A stretch of 64,000 bases of DNA from Felixounavirus LF110P1. The notes beneath the pieces were generated by a model that had not been told where the DNA came from, ran no database searches, and saw only the letters and a list, made by a program, of their open reading frames with translations. A program made the translations under genes and the position numbers. The stretch lies in sequence record OZ035744.1, one strand, 5' to 3'. Shown piece after piece: positions 18,604 through 29,279 of the stretch (position 1 is the first letter of the stretch; each line of letters begins with the position of its first letter).

Positions 18604-19351
18604 CTCAAGAGAAGCAGTAAAAAACTGGAATCTTCGTTGTGGAAACACTCAAAAGAAACCTTACAGTGATGAGTATTGGGAATCTTTAAAATCCCAGTCT
18701 CTGTGTATGCTGGAAGAAGCAAAAGAGCTTGTAAAAGCAATTGAAGAGAAAGACCCCATTGAGACACTGGATGCTCAGGCAGATTTGCAATATGTTCTTG
18801 ACGGTTTGATTTACCTGTCACAACATGACCATAACGGTGCTATGAAAGCTGTTTGCCGTAATAATGACCTGAAGTACACAGATGACTATGAAGAAGCTTT
18901 AAAACGTCTTGCAGATATTGAGAAGCGTACTGGTCAAGAGTGTATTATCAGAATGTCAGTAGTTGATGGTAAAGAGTGGTATGCCATTGTTCGTGCAGCA
19001 GATGGGAAGATTATGAAGCAATCGAATCTCCCTAAAGTACAGCTTGGTGAATACATTGTAGAACTTGAAAGCCAAGAACTTTTTGTGGTAGTATCTGAGA
19101 CATGCGTTATCTGCAAAGGTATTGTAGATAGTTTAAAGGATTTGGGTGTAGATGGTTTTGTAGAAGTTAATCCAATTACCTCTAAAGCAGATAAAGACTT
19201 CTGTAAAGAGAATGGACTATGGATTGCAGATATTGTCTATTATGATGGTGAGCAGTTCCATGTAACCTCATACCCGAAACTGAATTATGATGCTAATAAC
19301 CTGAAGTGCTGGTTAAAAGGGGTTGGTTATAATGGATTCACAGAACATTAA
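18596..19351 (+). CDS. hypothetical protein
   Basis: 251 aa ORF. Confidence 0.45.
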   Translation: MFNSREAVKNWNLRCGNTQKKPYSDEYWESLKSQSLCMLEEAKELVKAIEEKDPIETLDAQADLQYVLDGLIYLSQHDHNGAMKAVCRNNDLKYTDDYEEALKRLADIEKRTGQECIIRMSVVDGKEWYAIVRAADGKIMKQSNLPKVQLGEYIVELESQELFVVVSETCVICKGIVDSLKDLGVDGFVEVNPITSKADKDFCKENGLWIADIVYYDGEQFHVTSYPKLNYDANNLKCWLKGVGYNGFTEH

Positions 19352-19655
19352 TAAAGAGGGTGTGGCTCAGAAGAGCCACTTCTCAAACTACAATATTTCT
19401 ATGACGGTGTTCATGAATGACCCGTTACTAGAAAAATATGGTGAGACTCCAGATACACTTCTGGACAATGAACAAGTTTTAAAAGCAGTCCTGTACAAAT
19501 ATGGGATTGATATTGAGAAAGAATATTCCTTTGAAATCTGCCAACACAGGAATACTTTCGGTAAAGTTGTGATGGCTCCACTCTTTATGGGTGTAGAAAG
19601 GACTGACTATGGTTGGTTATATCTAAAAAGAAACTTGGAGAAATACCGTGTCTAA
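19323..19655 (+). CDS. hypothetical protein
   Basis: 110 aa ORF. Confidence 0.4.
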   Translation: MVIMDSQNINKEGVAQKSHFSNYNISMTVFMNDPLLEKYGETPDTLLDNEQVLKAVLYKYGIDIEKEYSFEICQHRNTFGKVVMAPLFMGVERTDYGWLYLKRNLEKYRV

Positions 19656-19986
19656 AGCAAAAAAGCTATCTTATGATGATATTGTCTCAGGTGCTAAGTT
19701 AGGCGTTGACAGCCTCGGACAAGATGTTAAGCACGGGGACACAGTTATGTACTGTGATGACCGAAGAGGTAGAAGTGCAATCTTGTTTGGAAGAATTGTT
19801 TGCAAGATGCGAGGCAATTACGTTGTTGCAGACATGGATGTGAACGTTACACAAAAACTTGAAACACTTATGGATGATAATACATCATCATGGTTCCCCC
19901 TGAACTGTATGCACACTTCTTCAGTCACAAAAGTAAGTGATAAGTTTTACGATATGTGGCAGAATGAGCAAATTTTCAAGATTTAA
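19648..19986 (+). CDS. hypothetical protein
   Basis: 112 aa ORF. Confidence 0.4.
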   Translation: MSKAKKLSYDDIVSGAKLGVDSLGQDVKHGDTVMYCDDRRGRSAILFGRIVCKMRGNYVVADMDVNVTQKLETLMDDNTSSWFPLNCMHTSSVTKVSDKFYDMWQNEQIFKI

Positions 19987-19990
19987 ACTA

Positions 19991-20015
19991 GGGAGCCTCT
20001 TCGGAGGCTCTTTTC
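19991..20015 (+). terminator. rho-independent terminator
   Basis: GGGAGCCTC-TTCG-GAGGCTC hairpin then TTTT. Confidence 0.55.
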
Positions 20016-20032
20016 ATCTGTAGGATTCAAAA

Positions 20033-22267
20033 ATGATTAAGACAATTAAAAAATCAAACGGTACAGTAGTAAGCTTTGACCCAGAAAGACTGAATAAGTG
20101 GGCATCATGGGCAGATAAACGTGGAATTATCTGGTCAGAAGTCACTATGGAAGCTATGAAACGTGTCTATGAGGGTTGCACTACAAAAGAGATGCACCAA
20201 GCCATGATTGATGTTTGTGTTGATAAACAAACTCAAGAGTACTCAGATATGGCTGGACGACTACTTTTGGGTATTATCTACAAAGAAGCATTTGGAGGCT
20301 TTACTAAGGTTCCTACGCTGGTTACCTTCGTTAAAAATATGGAGAGAGCAGGACTTTGGGAGAAGATGGACTACTCACAGGAAGAGCTTGAATACCTGCA
20401 AGGTTACATTGTGCACTCAAAAGATATCTCTTACGGTTATGCAGTCTTGAAACAGTTCAGAGACAAGTATGGTATCCGTGATATTAAAACGGGAAGACTT
20501 TTTGAGTCACCACAATTTATGTTTATGGGTATGGCTATGAAAGCCTTTGAGAAGCAACCAAAGCACCGTAGATTACAAGATGTTATCAAGCTGTACACTT
20601 ACCTATCTGACCTGAAGATTAACGCTCCTACACCTTATCTGAATGGTTTAAGGGCCACTAAATCAGGTTATGCGTCATGCTGTTTGATTAAGGCAAATGA
20701 CACTGCCGAATCTCTCGGTATTGCTGCAAAGGTTGCTTATGATATGACTACAAAGCAAGCTGGCATTGGGATGCTGATGGAGACTCGTACTATTGGTGAT
20801 GGTATCCGTCAAAATACTATTGAGCACATGGGTAAACTACCTTATTACAAGCTTGTACGCTCATCTGTAGAGGCAAACAAACAGAAGAGTCGTGGTGGTT
20901 CAGCTAATAACTTCTACACTGCTCTAGACCCGCAGATTGAAGATTTACTGCGTTTGAAGCACCCTACAACGGTTCCTTCTAAACGTATTAATGAGATGGA
21001 CTACTCATTCGGCACAAACGATTATTTCTGGCAGTGTGTTCAGTATGATACAGATTGGTTGCTATTCTCTTACAAAGATGCACCAAAACTCTATGACATG
21101 TTCTACACAGCATCTGCTGATGAGTTTGCTATGGCAGTTGGTCACGCAGTGCATTCAGGTGTTAAGCACAGACGAGTAAAGGCTCGTGAAATTGCTAAAC
21201 TGTTTATCCAGCAGCGTTATGCAACAGGTCGTGTGTACCCATTCTTCACGAATAATGCAAACACACATACACCATTTAAAGAGCCTTTGAAGATGTCAAA
21301 TCTTTGTATGGAAATTGTATTGCCAGTGTATGGTTTTGAGAAAGAGACAGACCTTTACAGAGATGATGCTGTGAAAGAGGATGGTGAGGTGGCTCTTTGC
21401 TTCCTAGCTAGTTTGGTTGCAGGGAGAATTTCAGAAGATGAATACGCTGACGTTGCTTATTATGCTCTTGCAATGGTTGACTCCGTTATTGACCTTATGG
21501 ATTATCCGTATCCGTCGATGCGTAACCACGTTCAGAAGCGTCGTTCTGTTGGGATTGGCCTTACAAATGTGGCTCATTACCTTGCGAAGAACTACGTGAA
21601 CTACTCTTCACGAGCAGGTAAAACGAAACTTCATGAACTGGCAGAGATGCACTCTTACTATCTGCATGAAGCCTCTCTGAGACTTGCTAAAGAACGTGGC
21701 GTGCCAGAGTACATGAAGTTCACTAAGTATCCTGAAGGCTGGGTTCCTCCAAAGACAGCTAACAAGAAGATTGATGAAAAGCATGATGCAAAACTACGAT
21801 ATGATTGGGATGACTTAGCACAACGTATCAAAGAAAATGGTGGAATCCGAAACTCTGTATTAGAAGCTTACATGCCTAATGAGAGTTCTTCACTGGCAAC
21901 CAATACGACAAACGGCTTGTATCCAATTCGTGACTTTATTTTAACTAAAAAGTCTGCAACTGGTAACGTACTGTTTATTGTTCCAGATTATGAAGAGTTG
22001 AAGTATGTATATGAAATTGCTTGGGGTATTGACACCTTTGACCTGATTGATTGTTATGCAATTGTTCAAAAGTTCACTGGTCAAGCTATCTCTTCAGATT
22101 TCTATGTTGACTACGCAAAAGCTAAGAAGGTATCATTGGCTCAAGCTTTGAAGTACATGATTTATGCCAACTCGGTAGGTATGAAAACCATGTACTACCT
22201 TAACAGTCGCATTGGTGTAGGTAAATCTGCACTGCAAGATGCTTATTGCGAGGGTTGTGGTGTTTAG
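20033..22267 (+). CDS. nrdA: ribonucleotide reductase class Ia, alpha subunit
   Basis: 744 aa; NrdA-typical length; active-site motif NLCMEIVLP; C-terminal CEGCGV-type tail. Confidence 0.9.
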   Translation: MIKTIKKSNGTVVSFDPERLNKWASWADKRGIIWSEVTMEAMKRVYEGCTTKEMHQAMIDVCVDKQTQEYSDMAGRLLLGIIYKEAFGGFTKVPTLVTFVKNMERAGLWEKMDYSQEELEYLQGYIVHSKDISYGYAVLKQFRDKYGIRDIKTGRLFESPQFMFMGMAMKAFEKQPKHRRLQDVIKLYTYLSDLKINAPTPYLNGLRATKSGYASCCLIKANDTAESLGIAAKVAYDMTTKQAGIGMLMETRTIGDGIRQNTIEHMGKLPYYKLVRSSVEANKQKSRGGSANNFYTALDPQIEDLLRLKHPTTVPSKRINEMDYSFGTNDYFWQCVQYDTDWLLFSYKDAPKLYDMFYTASADEFAMAVGHAVHSGVKHRRVKAREIAKLFIQQRYATGRVYPFFTNNANTHTPFKEPLKMSNLCMEIVLPVYGFEKETDLYRDDAVKEDGEVALCFLASLVAGRISEDEYADVAYYALAMVDSVIDLMDYPYPSMRNHVQKRRSVGIGLTNVAHYLAKNYVNYSSRAGKTKLHELAEMHSYYLHEASLRLAKERGVPEYMKFTKYPEGWVPPKTANKKIDEKHDAKLRYDWDDLAQRIKENGGIRNSVLEAYMPNESSSLATNTTNGLYPIRDFILTKKSATGNVLFIVPDYEELKYVYEIAWGIDTFDLIDCYAIVQKFTGQAISSDFYVDYAKAKKVSLAQALKYMIYANSVGMKTMYYLNSRIGVGKSALQDAYCEGCGV

Positions 22268-22322
22268 TTTTAACAACTATGAGGGTCGTAAAAGACCCTC
22301 TAAAAATAACTTTGGAGAGACC

Positions 22323-22580
22323 ATGAAAGATTTAATAGAAAAACATGAGCGACCAATATACTTGCTCTACAAACCCCGCAAAGCATTGTACTATGTGAGC
22401 AGCACAGGTATCATGATAAAGCAGAATAATGACTTATGGGTCACTGGAGCCTCTTACATCTCTACAGCAGACGGTAAAATCTACGCAAGACCTTATGAGA
22501 TGTTCAACAAAGAAAATTGGGAAGTTTTAGACAGAAAACAAGCCTTAGAAATGATAAAGAAAGGAGAAATCACGCTATGA
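22323..22580 (+). CDS. hypothetical protein
   Basis: start placed at MKDLIEK after GGAGAGA RBS; intergenic hairpin GAGGGTC...GACCCTC upstream. Confidence 0.4.
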   Translation: MKDLIEKHERPIYLLYKPRKALYYVSSTGIMIKQNNDLWVTGASYISTADGKIYARPYEMFNKENWEVLDRKQALEMIKKGEITL

Positions 22581-23650
22581 TTAACCAGCACCCAATCTTT
22601 TTAGGTGGTGAGAGAAAAACTTTTGACTCACTTAATAAACACTACCCAAAAATCTTTGAACTTTATAAACAACAAAAAGCACAAGACTGGTCAGAAGATG
22701 AGTTCCCTTTTGAACAATCACGTCTTGATTTTGAGAGTGTCCCAGCATCAATGTCAGGTGTAATGCTTGAGATTCTTAAGTGGCAGTGGGAAGCAGATAC
22801 TCAAGTTGCTAAGAGCTTGGCATTTGCCTTTGCACCATTTATCTCTGATGACATCTATGCAACTGCAATTATGAAGCAGTCTGAGATTGAAAACCTACAT
22901 GCCCTTACTTACTCAGAGATTGTAAGGCAATGTATTAAAAACCCTGAAACAATCTTAGATGAGATTAACCAGAATATTGCTGTACAAGACCGATTAAAAA
23001 CTGTGAATCGTGTTCTTGAAGAATTGCTGGACGAAGGTATAAACTATCGGCTAAGTTATGTCCGTGACTCACTTCTGGATAAAGACCCTTTACACTTCCA
23101 TAAAGTGATTCTAAAAGGTCTATTTGCAGTGACTGCACTTGAAGGTATATCCTTTATGGCATCCTTTGCATGTACTTTTGCACTTGATGCTCAAGATAAA
23201 TTTCAGGGTATTGCTCAAGCTGTCCAGAAAATTATGCTTGATGAAATCCTTCACACTAAAATTGATATTGAAGTTTTAAAAGAAACTTTAAGAGATGATG
23301 AGTGGCAAAAAGCTTTCCAACAAATTCTTCCAGAGATTAAAGTAATCTTAGATGAAGTAGTTGAAAGCGAAGAGAAATGGTCGTATTATATCTTCTCCGA
23401 AGGACGCGCTGTAGTTGGATTAAATACAAAGCTTCTTCATGAGTGGGTTTACTATAATGCTGCCCCACTGTATGATATGTTTGGCATTCCCAGAGATTTT
23501 GTAGCTCCTAAAGAACCACCTTTGAAGTATATGATTAAGAAGATGGAAATTGATAAAGAGCAGAATGCTAATCAGGAGCAACAGAACGGTGCGTATTTAT
23601 TGAATACTGTTGTAGATGATTTGAATAGTGGATTTTTAGAGGTTCCTTAA
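22578..23650 (+). CDS. nrdB: ribonucleotide reductase class Ia, beta subunit
   Basis: about 357 aa following nrdA; start placed at MINQHPIF after AAAGGAGAAA RBS. Confidence 0.85.
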
Positions 23651-23892
23651 TGACTTATGTAATTTACTCCAAAACTGGATGCCCTCAGTGTGAGACTGCA
23701 AAGAATTTTGCAAAAGCTCGTGGTATTGACCATGTTGTAAGAATGTTAGGACAGGATTATGAACTGTCAGACCTGATGGATATTGCACAGATGCCAGTTC
23801 GTCAGATGCCATTCATCATGAAAACTGACGGTCAAAACCTAAAACCTGTTGGAACGCTACAGAATTTTATGGCAGAGGTGAATAATGCTTAA
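23650..23892 (+). CDS. glutaredoxin/NrdH-like redoxin
   Basis: 80 aa with CPQC active-site motif, adjacent to nrdB. Confidence 0.65.
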   Translation: MTYVIYSKTGCPQCETAKNFAKARGIDHVVRMLGQDYELSDLMDIAQMPVRQMPFIMKTDGQNLKPVGTLQNFMAEVNNA

Positions 23893-24091
23893 ACGCCTTT
23901 GGGAAGGTTTAGTTGTTGATGCACCAGCTATTGTGATTGGTATGCTTGTTGTTAACCTATTTACTGATTTTGAACAAGGTTCATTGTTTGGAGCCATGTT
24001 ACTATGGGTTATCTTTGAAATATTAGAAATACAGTTAGGCATCACTGAAAAACTAAGAGAACTCTTTTCGAAGTTTTCTAAAAAGATTTAA
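23885..24091 (+). CDS. small membrane protein (hypothetical)
   Basis: 68 aa with two hydrophobic segments. Confidence 0.35.
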   Translation: MLKRLWEGLVVDAPAIVIGMLVVNLFTDFEQGSLFGAMLLWVIFEILEIQLGITEKLRELFSKFSKKI

Positions 24092-24098
24092 AATGAAA

Positions 24099-24121
24099 GG
24101 GTCTCTTCGGAGACCTTTTTA
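24099..24121 (+). terminator. rho-independent terminator
   Basis: GGGTCTC-TTCG-GAGACC then TTTTT. Confidence 0.55.
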
Positions 24122-24139
24122 GTATGCAAAGGAGCAATA

Positions 24140-26284
24140 ATGAACAAAGTACAGATTATTAAAAAGAATGGCTCACTTGAAGAACCTGATATCAAAAAAG
24201 TTTTAGCAGCAGTCACAAAGTCAGCTAACAGAGTTGGTTATAAAGAGCTTCCACCAGATGTTACTCAAGCTCTTGAGTCAGCATTTATGAGGATTCTGGT
24301 AAAGTCCACTAAGCAGAATAATTTGCTAATTTCGGTAAATGATATTCACAGTATTGTTGAGGGTGCTTTGGCAGAAGTCAATCACGAGATTTATGAGTCT
24401 TACTCAACATATAGAAATTACCGTAAAGAGGTTGCTCAAAATTGGGATGAACTCTACCAGAAGACTAAAGATACACTCTTCTTAGGTGACCGAGAAAACG
24501 CTAATTTTGACAGCAGTTTAATTTCTACAAAAGGTTCAATTATTCGTGGTTATCTGACTAAAGAAATCTTTAAACAGTACCATTTAACACCAGAGGAACT
24601 TGAAGCCATTGAAAAAGGGTTTATCTACATCCATGATTTAAGAGACCTAATTTTTGGTGGTATCAACTGTTGCCTGTTTGACATTGGTAAAGTCCTGAAA
24701 GGTGGCTTTGAAATGTCTGGCATCGAATATTGTGAACCGAAGTCTGTACTGTCAGCCTTACAGGTTATTGGTGATGTAGTTCTTTCAGCAACTGCACAGC
24801 AATTTGGTGGCTTTACTTTAGCAGAGATTGATAAGGTACTTGTACCGTATGCTAAGAAGTCTCTACACTATCATGCTGAGAAAGCAGCATCTTATGGTAT
24901 TCCTAAAGAACATTACCACAATTATGTCATGGAGCAGCTACAGATTGAACTGACTCAGGGTTTCCAGTCACTTGAAATGAAACTAAACACTGTACCTTGT
25001 AGTCGTGGGGATTTTGCATTCACAACTTTGACATTCGGGTTACTTGACTCAGATATGTCCAATGAAGATAACCGACTGCAATACATGATTGCAAGTACTC
25101 TCCTAGATGTTCGTATGAATGGACAAGGTAAGAGCAAGAAGCCTGTTGTATTCCCTAAACTGGTTTATATTTATGACCAGAAGAGACACGATGAGAATAT
25201 CTGTCAAGGCCACCTGTACAGTAAAGCTATTGAGTGTTGCTCTAAAGCAATGTATCCAGACTTCTTAAGTGTATCTGGTCATGGTGCTGTAGCAGAGGCT
25301 TTTGAGCGTTCTGGTAAGGTTATTTCACCAATGGGTTGCAGAGCTTTCTTGTCTCCATATCTTAATGAGGATGGGGAAGAGTTCTACGTTGGTCGTGCTA
25401 ACATTGGTGCTGTATCTTTGAACTTACCAATGATTTACCAGTATTCTAAAGAGAATGGATTAGACTTCTGGACAGAACTTGATAAATATCTCGAAATGAT
25501 TCGTAGCTTCCATAAGAAACGCTACGAAATGATTGCTAATATGCCAGCAAGTTCTAACCCTCTTGCATTCACACAAGGTGGTCTGTACAAAGGAACTAAG
25601 AAACCTACTGACAAGGTTGGTTGGGATATTGTGAAGTCCTTCACAGCTTCTTTTGGTGTTACTGCGCTTGATGAGTTGTCTGTTCTTGCTGAAGGTAAAC
25701 GACTTCATGAAGTTGGAAGCTATAGTTTTGCATATGATGTTCTGGCATACATCAACATGAAAACCGAAGAGTTTAAAAATGAAGATGGCTTCTTATATGC
25801 CGTCTATGGTACTCCAGCAGAATCACTATGTGGGACTCAGCTAAAACAGTTCAGAGATATGTTTGGGGTTATCAAAGGTGTTTCCGATAAGGAATACTTT
25901 ACAAACAGTTTCCATATGAATGTTGCAGCAGACATCTCGCCATTTGAGAAGCAGGACTTAGAAGAGCCATTCTTCCATATCTGTAGAGGCGGTAGAATCC
26001 AGTATGTAAGAGTAGCTAACCCAGAAAACTTAACAGCACTTAAAAGTTGTATTACAAGAGGGATGTTGAAAGGTTTCTATCAGGGGCTTAACTTTGACTT
26101 AGCAATCTGTGAACATTGTGGTAACAGACCAAAGGCTGATGTTGAAGAATGTGAGGTTTGCCATTCACATGATATCTCTGTGATTAACAGGGTGTGTGGG
26201 TATCTTGGATGGACTAAGATTAAAGGTGAATCCCGAATGAACGATGCAAAAATCGCTGAGATTCGTGATAGAGTCTCTATGTAA
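24140..26284 (+). CDS. nrdD: anaerobic ribonucleotide reductase (class III)
   Basis: 714 aa; N-terminal ATP-cone-like segment; C-terminal Zn/glycyl-radical region CEHCGN...CEVCHSHD...RVCGYLGW. Confidence 0.9.
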   Translation: MNKVQIIKKNGSLEEPDIKKVLAAVTKSANRVGYKELPPDVTQALESAFMRILVKSTKQNNLLISVNDIHSIVEGALAEVNHEIYESYSTYRNYRKEVAQNWDELYQKTKDTLFLGDRENANFDSSLISTKGSIIRGYLTKEIFKQYHLTPEELEAIEKGFIYIHDLRDLIFGGINCCLFDIGKVLKGGFEMSGIEYCEPKSVLSALQVIGDVVLSATAQQFGGFTLAEIDKVLVPYAKKSLHYHAEKAASYGIPKEHYHNYVMEQLQIELTQGFQSLEMKLNTVPCSRGDFAFTTLTFGLLDSDMSNEDNRLQYMIASTLLDVRMNGQGKSKKPVVFPKLVYIYDQKRHDENICQGHLYSKAIECCSKAMYPDFLSVSGHGAVAEAFERSGKVISPMGCRAFLSPYLNEDGEEFYVGRANIGAVSLNLPMIYQYSKENGLDFWTELDKYLEMIRSFHKKRYEMIANMPASSNPLAFTQGGLYKGTKKPTDKVGWDIVKSFTASFGVTALDELSVLAEGKRLHEVGSYSFAYDVLAYINMKTEEFKNEDGFLYAVYGTPAESLCGTQLKQFRDMFGVIKGVSDKEYFTNSFHMNVAADISPFEKQDLEEPFFHICRGGRIQYVRVANPENLTALKSCITRGMLKGFYQGLNFDLAICEHCGNRPKADVEECEVCHSHDISVINRVCGYLGWTKIKGESRMNDAKIAEIRDRVSM

Positions 26285-26294
26285 AACTTGACAA

Positions 26295-26336
26295 GGTGAT
26301 GTGGGTCTTGATAGGCTTACATCACCTTTTTTTTTA
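26295..26336 (+). terminator. rho-independent terminator
   Basis: GGTGATGT...ACATCACC hairpin followed by T9. Confidence 0.6.
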
Positions 26337-26441
26337 TTGGATGTTAGATATGGCAGAGAGTATTATTGGGTTGTTCATAGGTTCTGTCTTACTAGGGTTC
26401 TTTTTAGGACTCTCTTATTGTGAATTGAAAGGTAAGTTAAA

Positions 26442-26642
26442 ATGCTTAAGATATCAAAAGCGTTGATATACATACTCCATATTCTAGTCTTCTTCTTTGG
26501 GGTTAGTGTTATGGTATGGGGTTTTTCAGACCCACAATGGAGTTTATCATATCATGGTCAGATGGATTTATGGTCATGCTTCAAACCATTTTTAGGGTTA
26601 GCTATAGCATTCAGTGCATTACCAACTAAGGTGAAATTATGA
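26442..26642 (+). CDS. small membrane protein (hypothetical)
   Basis: 66 aa, hydrophobic. Confidence 0.35.
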   Translation: MLKISKALIYILHILVFFFGVSVMVWGFSDPQWSLSYHGQMDLWSCFKPFLGLAIAFSALPTKVKL

Positions 26643-27034
26643 TTAAGTTGAGTCAAAAACAGTTAGAGTGGATTAAAGACTATGCCTCAGAGTGTGGCTC
26701 TTGTGAAAAGAATCACGTAAGATATTCAACATTCCACACGGTCTTCACATTGTATATCGGCGACAATGTTCTAAGTGATTCTGTAGAAGATGGTGTAGCA
26801 TTGCCTAATGAATTGCTTGACAAATTAGCTGTAGTCACTGGAACTTGGTCTGAAGAAGACGGTCATGAACTATCTAACGATATTGTCTTCTACAGTCTTG
26901 AAAACATCATGAATCCAGAGTACATTATGCTAATGACTTGCGCACAAGATTGTGTACCATTACAAAACTTCATTAAAGAGCACTGTGAAGAATTTATTAC
27001 TAAACAGGTTCCTTGTCAGGTGGTGTTTGAATGA
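26639..27034 (+). CDS. hypothetical protein
   Basis: 131 aa ORF. Confidence 0.4.
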   Translation: MIKLSQKQLEWIKDYASECGSCEKNHVRYSTFHTVFTLYIGDNVLSDSVEDGVALPNELLDKLAVVTGTWSEEDGHELSNDIVFYSLENIMNPEYIMLMTCAQDCVPLQNFIKEHCEEFITKQVPCQVVFE

Positions 27035-27330
27035 GTAAAACAATTCGAAGAAAAGGTTTAAAGAACGTTCATGGATTTTATGAGTGGAGAAATGAGGTAC
27101 GTAACAGAGAAAATGCTTCAGAGGTCTACTACCACTCTGATATGATGTCCAGAAAAGGTGGCTTTTACGACTTCACAAGTCAGCCTTGTAGAGAGATTAA
27201 GAAGGCTACTAAACGTCTTACAAGAACACAAATAAGGCAGCTTTCTAAGACATCCTTCTTAGATGAAGACTTTGACATTGATAGTAAGTCTCCAAAGAAA
27301 GCTGCTAAGAACACTTATATGTATTGGTGA
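27031..27330 (+). CDS. hypothetical protein
   Basis: 99 aa basic ORF. Confidence 0.4.
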   Translation: MSKTIRRKGLKNVHGFYEWRNEVRNRENASEVYYHSDMMSRKGGFYDFTSQPCREIKKATKRLTRTQIRQLSKTSFLDEDFDIDSKSPKKAAKNTYMYW

Positions 27331-27339
27331 GGTAACTAG

Positions 27340-27825
27340 ATGAATTACATGGAGATTAGACCATTTGACACAGCTAATGGTGAAGGGGTTCGTGTAAGCC
27401 TCTTCGTAGCTGGTTGTAAGCATCACTGTGAAGGCTGCTTTAACAGGGAGTCTTGGAAGTTTAATGCTGGTAAAGAGTTTACTTATGCAAACCTTTACGG
27501 GATTCTAAGACTTTTGGAAGATGATTCTTTAAGTGGTCTATCTATTCTCGGTGGAGAACCACTGGATGACCGTAATGTTGAAGAGGTCACAAAAATTTGC
27601 CAGAAGGTAAAGTCTATCTACCCAGAGAAGTCTATATGGCTCTGGACAGGTTTTCAACTACACGAAAAGATTCACTTAGATGTGATGAAATATGTTGACG
27701 TGGTGATTGATGGTAAGTATGATTCATCTAAACCAACAGTTAAACCGTATCGTGGTTCTGATAACCAAAACCTCTGGAGAAAAGAGTATGGATGGCAAGG
27801 CGATTGTCAGTGGAGAGCCGAGTAG
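27340..27825 (+). CDS. nrdG: anaerobic RNR activating enzyme (radical SAM)
   Basis: 161 aa; cysteine cluster CKHHCEGC near N-terminus; downstream of nrdD. Confidence 0.85.
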   Translation: MNYMEIRPFDTANGEGVRVSLFVAGCKHHCEGCFNRESWKFNAGKEFTYANLYGILRLLEDDSLSGLSILGGEPLDDRNVEEVTKICQKVKSIYPEKSIWLWTGFQLHEKIHLDVMKYVDVVIDGKYDSSKPTVKPYRGSDNQNLWRKEYGWQGDCQWRAE

Positions 27826-28108
27826 CGGTGGATTCAAACGCGGTGAGTTTGTTATGTCGTACTGTAACATGTCACTATTTGGTAGCTACAAAGTAAATCC
27901 AGAAACCATTGAAGAGTGGAAAGTCTATACTAAAAGTCTGTTTGACTCCACTGGTATGGAAGCATTGAAATGTATTGAGGATGCTGGAGTATTTAAAGTA
28001 AAATACAAAGCACATTTCTCAAATTTTTACGCGACAAACTTACGTGTTGATGATAAAGTTGTCTCAGTTACTGAAGAAGAACTTAATAAGTTCTGTATTA
28101 AACTTTAA
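27788..28108 (+). CDS. hypothetical protein
   Basis: ORF overlapping end of nrdG; start uncertain (track start 27707). Confidence 0.3.
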   Translation: MDGKAIVSGEPSSGGFKRGEFVMSYCNMSLFGSYKVNPETIEEWKVYTKSLFDSTGMEALKCIEDAGVFKVKYKAHFSNFYATNLRVDDKVVSVTEEELNKFCIKL

Positions 28109-28122
28109 TGAGAGAGACTAAA

Positions 28123-28389
28123 ATGGGAATTTTAGGTAATATGAAATCTGGCTTCTTGAAGGCACTGGCAAAAGCAGCAGCAATCATTTCTATAACTGGA
28201 AAGCAGGTTGGTGTAGATGCTTCAGCAGTTGCACAAGTTCTTACAAGCCAAATTGAACAGCAACCTTACATCTATGTAGGCCGTGGCAAAGGTGGTAAGA
28301 AACAAGCCCACCGTCCGTCTGGTGCAGCAGCTATTAAACGAGCAGCTAAGAAAGCTCGTAACCGTAAACGTAATAAGAAGGCTAAATAA
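28123..28389 (+). CDS. small basic protein (hypothetical)
   Basis: highly basic C-terminus KKARNRKRNKKAK. Confidence 0.4.
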   Translation: MGILGNMKSGFLKALAKAAAIISITGKQVGVDASAVAQVLTSQIEQQPYIYVGRGKGGKKQAHRPSGAAAIKRAAKKARNRKRNKKAK

Positions 28390-28391
28390 TC

Positions 28392-28712
28392 ATGAGCAAA
28401 GTTTATAACACTCGCAAATTACAGATTTTCGTACTGTGCCAGTTTATGGCTAAAGAGTATAACTTCTACTATTGCGGCACAGGTTTTATTAGTGATGATG
28501 ATGGCTCATACCTCCCATTCAAAGAAGCTGTAAAGCTCTTTAATGAAGAGAAAAGCTCTAAGAAAGATATTGAAAAGGTTAAGCTAACCTACAGCAAGAA
28601 AGATAAGAAGATTATCTGCCTAGATAACTTTGTAAAAGTTACTGGAGAAGCAAAAGAGTTTATGGATGAGAGTGAGATTTCATTCACAAGCATCTTGAAA
28701 GTAGCTCAGTAA
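28392..28712 (+). CDS. hypothetical protein
   Basis: 106 aa ORF. Confidence 0.4.
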   Translation: MSKVYNTRKLQIFVLCQFMAKEYNFYYCGTGFISDDDGSYLPFKEAVKLFNEEKSSKKDIEKVKLTYSKKDKKIICLDNFVKVTGEAKEFMDESEISFTSILKVAQ

Positions 28713-28725
28713 ACAGATACTATAA

Positions 28726-28752
28726 GGGAACTGTAAAGGTTCCCTTTTTATT
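28726..28752 (+). terminator. rho-independent terminator
   Basis: GGGAAC-TGTAAAG-GTTCCC then TTTTT. Confidence 0.55.
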
Positions 28753-28763
28753 TTGGAGATGAT

Positions 28764-29279
28764 ATGTATCTGTCAAACCTAAAACGTTCTGCTGCAATGT
28801 CAGTGCTAAGACTCAGCTTTGAGGAACGTCAAGAGTTCATTGACTCCCACCAATACGACCCCTCAAACTCCAATCACATGATTCTCTGGAATCGTGAAAG
28901 TACTCGTGAAAGAGCACTATTCCGTTATTACCCACACTACACTATAGATAACCTGTATGAATTGTTTGTTGTGAAGAACACCATTACAGTGCTCAATAAA
29001 CTTTGCAGATACACAGGCAGTCAATCCTTCACATTAGGCCATCACAAACCTGTTACAAAGGGTGGTGAGCATCACTGTGCAAACTGGTTTATTCAGACTA
29101 AACTTGATAACCAGAAGCAAGGGGATAACCTTCTAAGCACCCCTAAGATGACCTACGAAGAGCAAGAGAAATATATCAAAAATAATATGCCAGATGTGCT
29201 TGACAACCACTATACAGATTTGGCAATATCTCTCCTGTTGAAGTTCGAGACAGTTTATAGGGCAACTTACAATGGCTAA
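28764..29279 (+). CDS. HNH-like endonuclease (candidate)
   Basis: GHHKPVTKGGEHHCANW...N segment loosely resembles an HNH motif. Confidence 0.3.
   Translation: MYLSNLKRSAAMSVLRLSFEERQEFIDSHQYDPSNSNHMILWNRESTRERALFRYYPHYTIDNLYELFVVKNTITVLNKLCRYTGSQSFTLGHHKPVTKGGEHHCANWFIQTKLDNQKQGDNLLSTPKMTYEEQEKYIKNNMPDVLDNHYTDLAISLLLKFETVYRATYNG

Noticed and set aside
22239-22322. Upstream extension of ORF 22239-22580 overlapping the nrdA 3' end
   Set aside because: The extension covers the nrdA stop and an intergenic hairpin; a start at MKDLIEK with a GGAGAGA RBS is more plausible.
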